Below, piece by piece: positions 49,955 through 61,906 of a stretch of DNA of 64,000 nt. The notes beneath the pieces are model-generated. The model searched no databases and was not told where the DNA came from. It saw nothing but the letters and a program-made list of their open reading frames with translations. Position numbers and translations under genes: made by a program. How positions within the stretch are numbered: the stretch's first letter is position 1; each line of letters starts with the position of its first letter. The stretch is from Squalus acanthias (taxonomy: Eukaryota): assembly GCA_030390025.1 (NCBI GenBank), contig CM059432.1, positions 55,430,001 through 55,494,000 of the forward strand, written 5' to 3'.

Positions 49955-50530
49955 AGAATGGTTCCAGGGATGAGGGGTTACAGTTACATGGATAGACTGG
50001 AGAAGCTGGGGCTGTTCTCCTTAAAGCAGAAAAGGCTAATAGGAGATCTGATAGAGGTGTTTAAAATCATGAACGGTTTAGATAGAGTAATAATAAAAAG
50101 TAACTGTTTCCAATGACTGAAGGGTCAATAACAAGAGGGCACCGATTTAAGGTGATTGGCAAAAGAGTCAGAGGTGACATGAGGAAAAACTTTCTTACGC
50201 AACGAATGGTTAGGATTTGGAATGCACTGCCTGATAGGGTGGTGGAATCAGATTCAATAGTAGCCTTCAAAAGGGAACTGATAAATACTTGAAGGAGAAA
50301 AAATTGCAGGGATATGGGGAAAGAGCAGTGGAGTGGGACTAACTGGATTGCTCTTCGAAAGAGCCGATGCAGACTCAATGGACTGAATGGCTTCCTTCTG
50401 TGCTGTACTATTCTATGATTTTTCACTTGTGAAGAAACTTATTTCAAGAGGATAGAAATTAATTTTCCCATTTTGCACACCCACAATAAATACATTATTT
50501 CAAGCATTATGTAAGGAAAGCTCTGCTGAC

Positions 50531-50686
50531 CTAGCTTAACCTTTGGCAGCTTGTCTGAGTACACAGAACTGATATGGCGATACTTTGGATCATGCACCGT
50601 GAGGTCAAAGGTCATTTTGCTGAAGAGTTCAATGTCAGGCCACTGTGCGTTAATTCCCTGCACATGCTCATTTGCCTCTTTCATCT
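50531..50686 (-). CDS. GREB1L: GREB1L coding exon (WPDIELFSKMTFDLTVHDPKY)
   Basis: Acceptor tttgtttcAG, donor GTCAGC. 156 nt, phase 1 to 1. Confidence 0.9.
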
Positions 50687-51286
50687 CTGAAACAAAAAGT
50701 TCACAGTTTAGTTTATGAACGCTCTTGTGTCACCAAGTTATGCATTTAATAAAGGGTATGGAGTGAACAAATACAGCTGATCGTAAGCTTTACATCAATT
50801 TCAGGGAGCACCAAAGGAGTTCACCTATCCAAAAGAATAGCTTCTGGTTATCCTGCTTTCTGATCTTTCTGCCCTTCCATCTTACTGAGATGTTTTTAGA
50901 TTTTATACAGGGGGAACAGATGGTGCACAGCAATAAGGTCCGGAGCCCCACTGAAAGAACCTACGCGGAACCTTGGTTCTTATTGTCATTCTGATTAATT
51001 TCCTTAATGAAGCAAGTCTCACTCGCTTGAGGGTGAGCAATGTTTTTAAAACTTCTGTACATGACACCTCTAATTGTGCACTAAAGCGTCAACAAAAAAC
51101 AGTTAGCAACACTGTTTCAGATGTTAGGGGATTGGGAGCACTCTTGATAAATAATATACATGATGTAAAGAATACCTACATTACGTATCAGGGTATTTCT
51201 GAGGTAGGGACAATAATCAAACATAGATCGTGCAAGAGCTAAAGAAAATGTAACACTACGTAAACATTATATTTACCAAAATATCA

Positions 51287-51460
<174 letters not shown>

Positions 51461-51865
51461 CTATTACGATTTCTAATACTGCTAACACATACTAAGAAAC
51501 TTCCTAAAGCTAGCAAAACAAAGGCAGTGACAGGCATCTTTAAAAATGTGAACTTTCAATTTAAATTGTATATTTCTAGTTACTTTTGTAGCCAAATTTG
51601 TAAATATTGAGGAAGGGGAGTTACTGCTGAAGAGGATTGAAGTGGATATGTTACAGACTGAAAACAGTCTTTGTTAATAAAATAAACAGGACAAGTATGA
51701 GGCTAAATAAGTGTAACATAATAATTATATTTCTCCTTGGAAATAGCACAGCACAATGAATCAGTAAGCAATGTATACACCTCCCTCAATGATTCATTCA
51801 AACACTTGGATCCATTTTTCCACAGATCTTAAATAATTGGTCACCGCAACAAATACAAAGTCACT

Positions 51866-54083
51866 GGCGTAGAAATTGGCCCACTTACCGCCACGAGTTT
51901 TCGCCTGAGATCTAGTCTAAAAATGGCGATGGCCACTATAGCGCCATCTCTGGCGCATGACTCAGCAGCCGCCATTTTGGTGAGGGTCTTAGCGCTGCCG
52001 ATAGCAGCGCTGGCCCTGGAAATGTAAATTATTAGAGGGTAACGTCAACTTAACATCGCGCTGTGCGAACCTCGACCGTAGCACTGTGTTCAGCGCTGGA
52101 TCCTAAGCTCGCCATGAAAACCCAACGTTCAGCAGACTCACAGAGGCACTGTCAGCACCTCTTAAAGGGACACACACATCTTTCAAGTAAGTTTGCAATT
52201 AAGCTTTTGGACTGGATTTTTTTGAGTTTATTGAAGTAGTGGCTTGCTGCAATACATGTTAAAAGTTTTTTTAAGTGTGCAGGGAGTACTGCTGGATGCT
52301 TGCAAGGCCTCGGATGGTAAAGGAAGGCCTCTGAGAAGACATAAAGTGCTAGAAATACTCAGCAGGTCAGGCAACATTTGTGGAGAGAGGAACAGAGTTC
52401 AAGTCTCAGGTCGAGATGCTGCCTGACCTCTTGAGTATTTCCAGCATTTTATGCTTTTATTTCAGATTTACAGCTTCTGCTCACAGAGGGAAGAGGAAGA
52501 TGCAGAAGAGGTAGAAGAAGAGGAAGAAACAGAAGAGGAAGAAGCAGAAGGGGAGGAAGCAGAAGAGAAGGAAGCAGAAGGAAGGATGCAACCCAGACAG
52601 CCCCTTCTGGCCAGGATATCAGGGATGGAGTCATCTGCCTGCGGTACCAGTGACTACAACCCCAATTTCCCTTTCAACATTTGTCCCACACCTGACCTGC
52701 TCTCTGTTACTGACCATCACAGCATCCTCTTGGCCACAATGCTGAAATAAAAGCCACCACAAAAGCAAACTTTCTAATCCAACTTTATACATCTATCCAT
52801 CCAATATGATATCAAGAAATCAACTCATCATCCTTATGCATTCTCTTAGTGACTGTCTTGTGTGTGCCTTTGCCTATCCTACTGATGTCACACAGTGCTA
52901 CCTCAGTCTGCAGCATGGCTGGTGGAAGGCTGCTGACGTTCAGTGGGGGACACTGCAAATGGCTTTGCTGGTCGACCTTGAGGAGCTGGTGGCTGGGAGT
53001 GTGAAATCGAGTGACGGTGTTTCTTCTTCTTCTTCTTCTTCTTCACTCTTCTCTCCCTCTGCTTGGTCAACCACTGATTGGGCAGACTGCATTTCTTGGG
53101 TGTGTGAAATGAGGAAGGCACAAGGGTGGAGTTGTGGTGAGGGGAGGATGGGAAAGCAAGAGGTGCATGCCAGAAGGAGGATAACGTATGAGGATACCAG
53201 CATCTTGTATCCTTTCAGCCCCGCTGCTGGCCAATGGCTCAGCCATGCCCCTCCCAAAAATGGCCTGCACCGTCTCCTCCAAGGGGGTGAGGTGAGGCTA
53301 GGAATGGGAGGTGCGCCTCATGATTGTTACAGATTGTTGGCAGGTGAGTGATTGGGGAGGGGCAGGGGGGAGGTGGAGTCGTGCATTGAGCAGTGTGTGA
53401 GGCTAGTGGTGCAGTTGGTAGGAGACGGCTTTTGAAGATGCATTCCTGACCTTGACCAGTGGCCTGAGGTCATGAAGCTTCTTTGGGCACTGGAGCCAGG
53501 TCGTGGGGGCGACACTGCTGGCAGTGACGGCCTCGGTATTCTGGTCCCACATCGTTCTTTCTGGAGGGCCTCCTGGCCCCTGTGGGTAGAGGACCTCTCT
53601 TGCAGTGTTGACCCCCTGCACAAAGCTGGAGTGCTGCGTGCGAGACCCTGGGTGCCCCTTCCCTGGCTTGCTGAACCATTTGTGTTGGTGCTGAAGCACA
53701 TTTCCCATTTTTTGAGAGGCGGAAGGGAATTCAGCTTCAAGAGCTGAAGACTCCCATTTGGGACTTCTTTTTAATGTTTTTTTAAAAAAGGCATGAAGGC
53801 TGAAAACTGCATTTTCTTACTTCCTTTTAATGCATTGCCATTTTAATGTCCCACAATGCCTAGCGAATTCATTGCCGTGCTTCCCGAGGCTGTTGGAAGC
53901 TGGAACCCCGCTTCTGGACGCCAACTTCACCTTTGATGCCTGCACTAGCGCCACCAGCTGGGCGTTACACGGTGAGTTAGCACTGGGCTAAAAATCTTTA
54001 GTCCCCAGCGTGAATTTTTCACTTACTGCCGTGACCATTTTCAGCCGCTGTTAACTCTCGTGGCGGCCACGGATTGCTAGGCC
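51866..54083. mobile_element. Internally deleted autonomous-type PIF/Harbinger transposon
   Basis: TIR ggcgtagaaatt / gattgctaggcc with subterminal ccgccacgag at both ends; flanks act/aca; minus-strand Myb/SANT remnant and plus-strand acidic transposase-like C-terminus. Confidence 0.7.
53452..53690 (-). pseudogene. Harbinger Myb/SANT-like DNA-binding protein exon, frameshifted
   Basis: APR...REVLYPQG...W...EAVTASSVAPTTWLQCPKKLHDLRPLVK followed by a GT donor. Confidence 0.65.
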
Positions 54084-54234
54084 ACAGTTTCCTTGTATAA
54101 TGTTCTTCAGTAACTGTAGGTATAATTGTGCTGACTCTATAAACTCAGTTGGAAGGGTAATGATTCCTGTGAGCTTGCCAGCTCTATTTGCTCACCCTGG
54201 AGCTGCAGCTCCTTCCTCCTGCTGCTGCTTCTTA

Positions 54235-55068
54235 TCCTTCTATGATATTCTATGTGACTGTGACAAAGGTAAACTATCCCTCCTCATCCTTCTCGACCTA
54301 TCTGCAGCCTTCGACACAGTTGACTACACAATTCTGCTCCAATGTCTCTCCACTGTCGTCCAGCTGGGTGGGACTGCGCTCGCCTGGTTCCATTCTTATC
54401 TATCCATTCGTAGCCAGAGAATCACCTGCAATGGCTTCTCTTCCCGCTCCCATGCCATTACCTCTGGAGCAATGTTCCCGCTAATTTTTTGGGGGGAGTG
54501 CGGCCCCTTTAAGGGGCTGCGTGGCCCATTCAAATTATCGCGCATGCGCTGTTTTTTCTTTTATAATGCCATCGCCTGCGCGGGACCTGTTTAACGGGAA
54601 CATTGCTCTGGAGTCCCCCAAGGATCTATCCTTGACCTCCTCCTATTTCTGATCTGCATGCTGCCCCTCGGCAATATCATCCAAAAACACGTCAGGTTCC
54701 ATATGTACCCTGACGCTATCTCTGTAACCTCCTCCAGTCCTACAAGTATTCAAGATCTCTGTGCTCCTCCAATTCTGGGATCTTGCGCATCCCTGATATT
54801 AATCGCTCCACCATTGGCGGCTGTGCTTTCAGCTGCCGAGGCCCTAAGTTCTGGAATTCCCTCCCTAAACCTCTCTGCCTCTCTACCTCTTTCTCCTCCT
54901 TTAAGATGCTCCTTAAAACCTACCTCTTTGACTAATCTTTTGGTCATCTGCCCTGATATCTCCTTCTGTGGCTTGGTGTCAACATTTTTATTGATAATGC
55001 TCTTGTTATGCGCCTTGGGATGGTTTGCTACGTTAAAGGTGCTATATAAATACAAGTTGTTATTGTTG
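54235..55068 (+). mobile_element. L2 RT/3' fragment with internal deletion
   Basis: LLILLDLSAAFDTVD, ALAWFHSYLS, GVPQGS split by a MITE; aaaggtgctatataaatacaagttgtt tail. Confidence 0.88.
54470..54605. mobile_element. 136-bp hAT-type MITE, 8-bp TSD CTCTGGAG
   Basis: 15-bp TIR caatgttcccgctaa / ttaacgggaacattg; TSD at 54462-54469 and 54606-54613. Confidence 0.9.
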
Positions 55069-55983
55069 GTCTGCTCGAGTGGAATTGCCAGAAGGGCCCT
55101 GTGAAAAAAAGACTGCGTTGCCAGAAACCCCTTAAGGAGATCAAAAAATTCCACAGCCTCTACAATCACTTTGAAATGATCTAAATAGCAAAAAACCACA
55201 ATGCAATACAAGCAAAATCTCTCTCAAAGCTTTGTAACGTTTTACCTGACAGCAACTGATCTTTGGATATGGCTGCATCTTGACCTGTACCTCCCCTAGT
55301 TTGTGACGATCAGGAACTAGTGGTAGCAATGTAGGCAGAGATGAAAATAGCGCCGGGATCTTGACAATGTCATCTGACCATGATTTGCATATAATCATTA
55401 GTTGCCTGCCAGTTTCCAGTGCGAGCTCTAGCCACCTAAACTGAGATCCACCCGAAAATTGGAAGAGGCCGATTACCAGCATTAAGTCAGCGGTTCTGTG
55501 GCCCACATGATTGTGATCCCTTTACAGCCCTGCTTTTAGGAACGAAAGACATGAATTTCCCAACCCCTCTTGGACTTTTGGATACCAACTCGACCTCTAA
55601 TATGCCACTGTCTTCTAACAAAATCCAGATTCTCTGTTATCGTGTATAACAATTGTATGGAAAATTACCTGTGAAAATAATCACATTTCCTGCTGCATGG
55701 TATGACATTGACAAACTGCTGTCACAAACTGGCTTTTTTGGCTACATTAATTACTACTATTTTTCAGTTGAAAACCTATAATTGAAATTGGAGCAATCAT
55801 GGCCAGGATATAATAATTTAATAACATATCTCATCAGTAGAGGCATTTATCTGGTTGACCTTACTTGTGGAGTTATCATTTGTCACCACATACTCTGCAC
55901 ATAATATTATCCCAATAATTCATTTTAACTTTGCCAAATATTTGTGTTCCAGCATGATCAGCCGAAATGCTAAGTATAATTAC

Positions 55984-56540
55984 CTGTGGTGGTCCCGTCA
56001 ATAACAACCGGCGCCGATGGAAGTTTCCAGAACTTCCTTCACTTTTATTGCTAAAGTCTGCATGATGTTGCCTGGGAATTGTCCAGTGTCTATAGTAAAG
56101 TGACTGTTCTTCACTGCTCCAGTCCTTGTGAAAGAGTGATCTCAGCGAGCTTGTCCAAGTCGTATCAGCATGGGGCAACAAAAAGGCAGAGCACAAATGT
56201 TCATTTTTTGCTGAGCCAAGGAGATGATACGCTGGCTTTGATAAAATTACAGTTCTCGGAAAAATGAGGTGTGGGGTCCTGAAGTCTTTGTTGGCCAGGA
56301 TAGATTGGCGAGAATTTCCAGAGGATGAGGATGATTTTGAGACTGTGCTGCTTGCAGTTTCCTTCCCTTCCAAGTCAGATTCCTGTTTGCAGCCCTCGCT
56401 GCCTACACTGGTTGAGGTGTGTGCTGAAGTGCCTTCATCACTTGAACTGTTGACAATATTCTGAAAGCTAAGGGATGAAGCAGGCCTCTGTGATGAGTCC
56501 AGAGCACTGGAAGAGTTCACTCCATTCTCTGCTATGGAAC
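55984..56540 (-). CDS. GREB1L: GREB1L coding exon (GSIAENG...EEQSLYYRHW...RRLLLTGPPQ)
   Basis: Acceptor ttcaaacAG, donor GTAATT. 557 nt, phase 1 to 0, in frame with both neighbours. Confidence 0.95.
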
Positions 56541-56559
56541 CTGTTTGAAGGCAAACCAA

Positions 56560-58660
56560 ATTTAATGTTCTTTGAGGATGTAACGAGCAGGGTGGATAAA
56601 GGGGAACCAGTAGATGTAGTGTATTTGGATTTCCAGAAGGCATTCGATAAGGTGCCACATAAAAGGTTACTGCACAAGATAAGAGCTCACGGGTTGGGGG
56701 TAATATAGTAGCATGGATAGAGGATTGGCTAACTAACAGAAAACAAAAATGTCGGGATAAATGGAACATTTTCAGGTTGGCAAACTGTAACTAGTGGGGT
56801 GCGACAGGGATCAGTGCTGGGGCCTCAACTATTTACAATCTATATTAATGACTGGGATGAAGGTAATGTGTATAATGTAGCCTAAATTTGCTGATGATGC
56901 AAAGATAGGTGGGAAAGCAAGTTGTGAGGAGGACACAGAGGGCTGAATTTTGAAGTCTGGGGTCGGGTTGGGGTCGGGAATCACACATTCTGGCTTGGGA
57001 ACCCGCCTCCATCGAGATGTGGCCAACCCACTGTATTTTCCCTTGATTGACCTTGTTGAGCCCGCCCAGTGGGCTCAGCAGGCCAATTAAGGGCCACCCG
57101 GCAACAGGTGACGTCACAGACTGACATTTCATCTGTTAAGAGCTTTTGACAGATGAAATATCAGCGTTTGACAGCTCTGTGAAGCTGTCAAACACTCACA
57201 ATATGATTTCTAACTTCAGTCCTTCCTTTCAGGCTGAGTTAGAAATCATTCCAGCACAGAAAACAGAAGGCTGCAGGTTTTGATAGAACCACGGCTTTCC
57301 TGCTTTCTGTGCCGGTGAGATTTCTAACTCCCGAGAACTGAAGGGCTGACACCTGCAGGAGGAAGTTAAGGTAAGTAAAACTTTTTCCAACACTTAGCAC
57401 TTACCTTACACACTTACCTCTGCACACATGCACCCATCACTCACCTGCCCACCGGACATATCGACCCCTCCAACCCCTGTAGACCCACGGCCCGCCCCGA
57501 TAACTTGGGAGTGGTTGCCACCTGTCGGGAAGCCCACACTTTTCTTTTGAAAATAGGGATTATGCAAAAAACTGCCTGTTAACTACCTGTTAACAGGCAG
57601 TTAATTGTCACTAATCCCTTCCCGCCTCGGGGAGTCGGGTCTCAGAACAGGTCGGGTACCCGCCGCCAGAGAAACTGGCATGGAGGCGGGTTGGAATGGG
57701 TCTGGACCCCCGAATCTGCAACTTTAACCCCCCCCCCGCCCCGCCTCCAAACCCGACTCCACGGGTCACTGAAAATCCAGCCGTCTGCAAAGGGATATAG
57801 ATAGGATAAGTGAGTGGGCAAAAATTTGGCAGATGGAGTATAATGTGGGAAAATGTGAGGTTATCCAATTTGGTAGGAAAAATAAAAAAGCAAATTATTA
57901 TTTAAATGGAGAGAGGCTACAAAATGCTGCAGTACAGAGGGATCTGGAGGTCCTCGTACATGAAACACAAAAAGTTAGCATGCAGGTACAGCAAGTAATT
58001 AGGAAGGCAAATGGAATGTTGGCCTTTATTGCAAAGGGAATGGAGTGTAAAAGTAGGGAAATCTTGCTACAACTGTACAGGGCGCTGGTGAGACCACACC
58101 TGGAGTACTGCGTGCAGTTTTGGTCTCCTTATTTAAGGAGGGATATACATGCATTGGAGACAGTTCAGAGAAGGTTCACTAGGTTAATTCCTGAGATGAA
58201 GGGGTTTTCTTATGAAGAAAGATTGAGCAGGTTGAGCCTATACTCATTGGAGTTTAGAAGAATGAGAGGTGATCTCATTGAAACATATAAGATTCTGAAG
58301 GGGCTTGACAGGGTAGATGCAGGGAGGATGTTTCCCCTCATGGGGGAATCTAGAACTAGGGGCATAGTTTCAGGATAAGGGGTCGCCATTTAAAACAGAG
58401 ATGAGGAGGAATTTCTTCTCTCAGAGGGTCGTGAATCTTTGGAATTCTCTACCCCAGAGAGCTGTGAAGGCGGAGTCATTGAATATATTCAAGGCTGAGA
58501 TAGACAGATATTTGAGCAACAGGGGAGTCAAGGGTTATGGGGAGCGGGCAGGAAAGTGCCGTTGAGGCCAAGATCGGATCAGCAATGATCTTATTGAATG
58601 GCGGGCAGGCTCGAGGGGCTGAATGGCCTACTCCGGCTCCTATTTCTTATGTTCTTATGT
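56560..58660 (+). mobile_element. CR1 RT/3' fragment abutting a GREB1L splice acceptor; hosts a MITE
   Basis: FFEDVTSRVDKGEPVDVVYLDFQKAFDKVPH...; TTCTTATGTTCTTATG tail. Confidence 0.92.
56940..57782. mobile_element. Harbinger-type non-autonomous element nested in CR1
   Basis: TIR gggctgaatttt / aaaatccagcc; right end aaacccgactccacgggtca nearly identical to 23341-23375. Confidence 0.8.
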
Positions 58661-58844
58661 AAAGATTGATATCACTAAGTGAAACTATTGCATACAAGTT
58701 TCGTATGAATATGACCAGAATATTGAGTGTTCTCCGGGAGGTGGGGGATGTTTTACAAGCATACACTGTATTTCTCCATATCTGCCTGGTTTTCTCAGTC
58801 ACATTTCCCAATTACCTCTGCATCTTCATTTCATGTTATAAAAA

Positions 58845-60590
58845 CTTGTGTTTATATAATTTAGTGTCTAATCAAAAAAATGGACACTGGGACAAAGAAG
58901 ATTTCAGGAGGGGTGACCAAAAGCTTGGCCAGAGGTGTTTTAAGGAGGATCTTCAAGGAGGAGTGGGAGGTGGAGAGATTTAAGGAGGGAATCCAGAACA
59001 TATGGCCAAGGTGTCTGAAGGCAGGGCAACAATCAAAGGAACGGAGAGTTTGGGTGAGGGCAATGTAAGGCTGGAGAAGGTTACATAGATGGGGGTGGAC
59101 GAGGTCATGAAGGAATTTGAACATAAGGATGAGAATTTTAAATTTGAGACTTTAGGGGACCGGGAGCCAAAGTAATTCAGCAAGAGCAGGGGTGATGAGT
59201 GAAACAGACTTGATGTGAGATAGGATATGGACAACAGAGTTTTGGATGAGCTGACGTTTACAGAGGGTGAAGGATGGGAGGCCGGCCAGGAGAATGTCGG
59301 AATAGTTGAGTCTGGAGGTCACAAAGGCATGGATGAGGCTTTCAGTGGCAGATGCGCAAAGGTAGAGATGGAGGTAGGCGATGTTACAGAGGCAGAAGTA
59401 GGTGGTCTTTGTGATGGAGAACATATAGGGTCAGTAGCTCAAGTCACGATCAAATTGGATGGTGAGGTTGCGAACAATCTGGTTCAGCTGGAGTCAGTGG
59501 CTAGGAAGGAGATGAAATCAGTGGCAAGTGTGCAGAGTTTGTGGTGGGGGCCAAAGACAATGGATTTGGTTCTCCCAATGTTTAACTGGAGGAATTTGGA
59601 GCTCAACCAAGACTGCATGTTGGACAATCTGTCTGACAACATAGAAGCAGAAGAGGAACTGAGACAGATGGTGGAGAGGTAGAACTGGGTGTTATCAGCA
59701 TACATGTGGAAGCTAACCCCATGTCTGCGGATGATGTCGCCAAGCAGCAGCAGAGGAAGAGGAGGGGGCCAGAGGTAACGGCATACAGGAAGGAAAATAA
59801 GCCACTGCTGGAGATGTTCTAGCTACAATTGGATAGGTAAGAGTGGAACTAAGTGAGGGCAGTCCCACTGAGCTGCACAATGGAGGAGAGTTGTTGGAGA
59901 AGGATGGAGGACGTTCATCATGTCAAAGGCTGCAGAGAGGTTAAGAAGGAGAAGAAAGGATAATGCACCATGGTCAGTCATTTGTGACTATAGTTAGGGC
60001 TATTTTGGTGCTGTGGCAGGGGGACATATTCAAACAGGGAATTGTGGGAAAGATGGGCATGGATTTGGAAGGCATCAACATCTTCAAGGACTTTGGAGAG
60101 GAAAGGAAGGTTAGTGATAGGGTGGTAGTTTGCAAGGACAGAGGGTCTAGGGTGGATTGTTTCACCAGGAGCGGGTGATATGAAAGGGAGGGGGACAATC
60201 TCCAAGAAAAGGGAACCAGTTAGAATGCTAGCCAGCATGGGGGCTAAGAAGAGAAGTTGGGTGATCAGTAGTTTAGTGGGAATGGAGTCAAAGGAGCAGG
60301 ATGTGGGCCTCTGCCTCATAGACAAGATGAGCTCGGAGAGGGTATGAGATGTGGGAGAGAAGTTAGATAGAGAGACAGATGTGTAGGTTCAGGCCTAGAG
60401 CAGGGGGAGCCTGGGGGATGTTTGGCCTGGTGTCAAGGTGGGGAGGGAAACCAGCAGAGACAGCTGAATGGATAGTCTAATCTTAGTAACAAAGATATCC
60501 AAGAGCTCATCGCACATTGGAGGTGAGGACGGATGGGACAGGGGAGAGGAGTTTAAGGAGGCGGTTGGAGTGGAAAAAGAAGCCTTCCTT
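58845..60590 (-). mobile_element. L2 LINE, about 1.7 kb, degraded
   Basis: DSIPTKLL, NYHPITNLPFLSKVLE, MYADNTQFY, LQLNIGRTK, LIHAFVTSRLNYS. Confidence 0.88.
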
Positions 60591-61271
60591 CAATCCTAGC
60601 TCTCCTGTTTTCCTTTTCATCTCCCTATGATGTTAGAAAGTTCTACTTACCAATTCATCAGGAAACAAATGTCTATTCAGCTTGACAAACTTAGAAATAA
60701 AACAGCTTACATTTTGAGTAATCTCAGGTTCCTTCTCCTTTAGCTTCCATCTTCCTTTGTTACCCTCAACATGCTTATCCTTTATGGTGTCTTACTGTTT
60801 TCCTTCTTTTCCTCAATACTGTAAGTTATGTATGTGATCTCTTTTACTTTATTGCTACTGTATCTTTCATCTTCCTTTTTCTGTGTTTCCCCTGCCCGCA
60901 GTCTTTTCTTCCCTGGTCACATCATTATCATCCTAGATTTCAGTCTCTTTCCTATCTTTTTCACCATTGCCACTGGATCACTCCCTGCTCTCCCTTTTTC
61001 TCCATCTCTCTGACCATCTCTTAGCTACCACTACAATAGCTTCAGTCTCTCCTGAGTCCCATGTTTCCTTCCCAGACATTTCTAATTTGGGTTTTCTATG
61101 TAAAGAAAGATATACAGAAAACAGGGTGACTGATAAAAGCATTAAGCCGAGAGAAATAAGTGTTAAGAAAATACACAAACAATAAATGTTGATAAAATGC
61201 GACTCCGAATATCCATCTACTTGGCCAAACCTGAAGAATCTGCAGGCACACTGATCATTGAGCATACTAAC

Positions 61272-61516
61272 CTGAGGTTCCAGTGACTGCACTGCTGTTG
61301 CTTTGTGGCCTCTCTAGATCAATCTGTAATTCATCAGATTCATTCTCACTGATAAGAACTTTTTCCTGCTCCTTCTCCGTTTGCTGCAGAACTGCCATAG
61401 TTTCTCTGACAGCACTTTTAGAAACATAGCCACAAGCAAGGCCTATCTCTTGCTCAAGGGTTGTGCGTGTAAGGTAGCTGGAGTCGATTAACCTAAGGTC
61501 ACAGTACTTCATGGAC
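61272..61516 (-). CDS. GREB1L: GREB1-like protein, first coding exon in window ([18 protein letters not shown]...AVTGTS)
   Basis: Translation matches vertebrate GREB1L ([33 protein letters not shown]). AG acceptor at 61518-61517, GTTAGT donor at 61271. 245 nt, phase 2 in, phase 1 out. Confidence 0.95.
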
Positions 61517-61659
61517 CTTAATAAAAAGATTGAAATAAGTCACAAATTGTCAAACAAAACAAAAAATAAATCCTTTATGTCCTACATCGTTAAAGTGCAT
61601 ATTTTTTTGAGATTCTACATCATCAAAGCGTGTGCTCTTGAGGGCCTACAATACATGAT

Positions 61660-61903
61660 ATCTATGCCCCTGAACTAGGAAGGAGAAGAAATCAGCTTGG
61701 TTTAATGCTCCTCACCTAGTGATCCTATGCTGGAAAGTATGCAAATATGTGTGTGTGTGTGTGTGTGTTAGGACAGACGCTGGGTGAAAGTAGGCTTTGG
61801 CTTAGCTATAATGCCCTCCATGGTAAAATAGTCTGCCAACAGTCACTGCCAAGACTGGTCAACTGTGCGAGGTACCTGAATGCTATAAGCATCAGAGGAA
61901 CGT
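61660..61903 (+). mobile_element. Ancient SINE remnant (AmnSINE2-like) with (TG)n, split by a Harbinger element; resumes at about 63670-63722
   Basis: atgccctcca...aatagtctgccaacagtcactg...gcgaggtacc, then the purine-rich tail after the insertion. Confidence 0.35.
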
Positions 61904-61906
61904 TTA

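Larger units (their letters stand above)
48350..50420 (+). mobile_element. CR1 RT/3' fragment hosting two nested insertions
   Basis: KFADDTKLG...KAYGILGFINRG[PLE]...RFTR[LINE]MVPGMRG...; TATTCTATGATT tail. Confidence 0.9.

Noticed and set aside
52449..53351. Poly-Glu, poly-Ser and poly-Leu ORFs as host proteins
   Set aside because: They are low-complexity tracts inside the Harbinger remnant.
55876..56769. 297-aa ORF as a standalone gene
   Set aside because: It is a chimera of antisense CR1, the 557-nt GREB1L exon and intron read-through.
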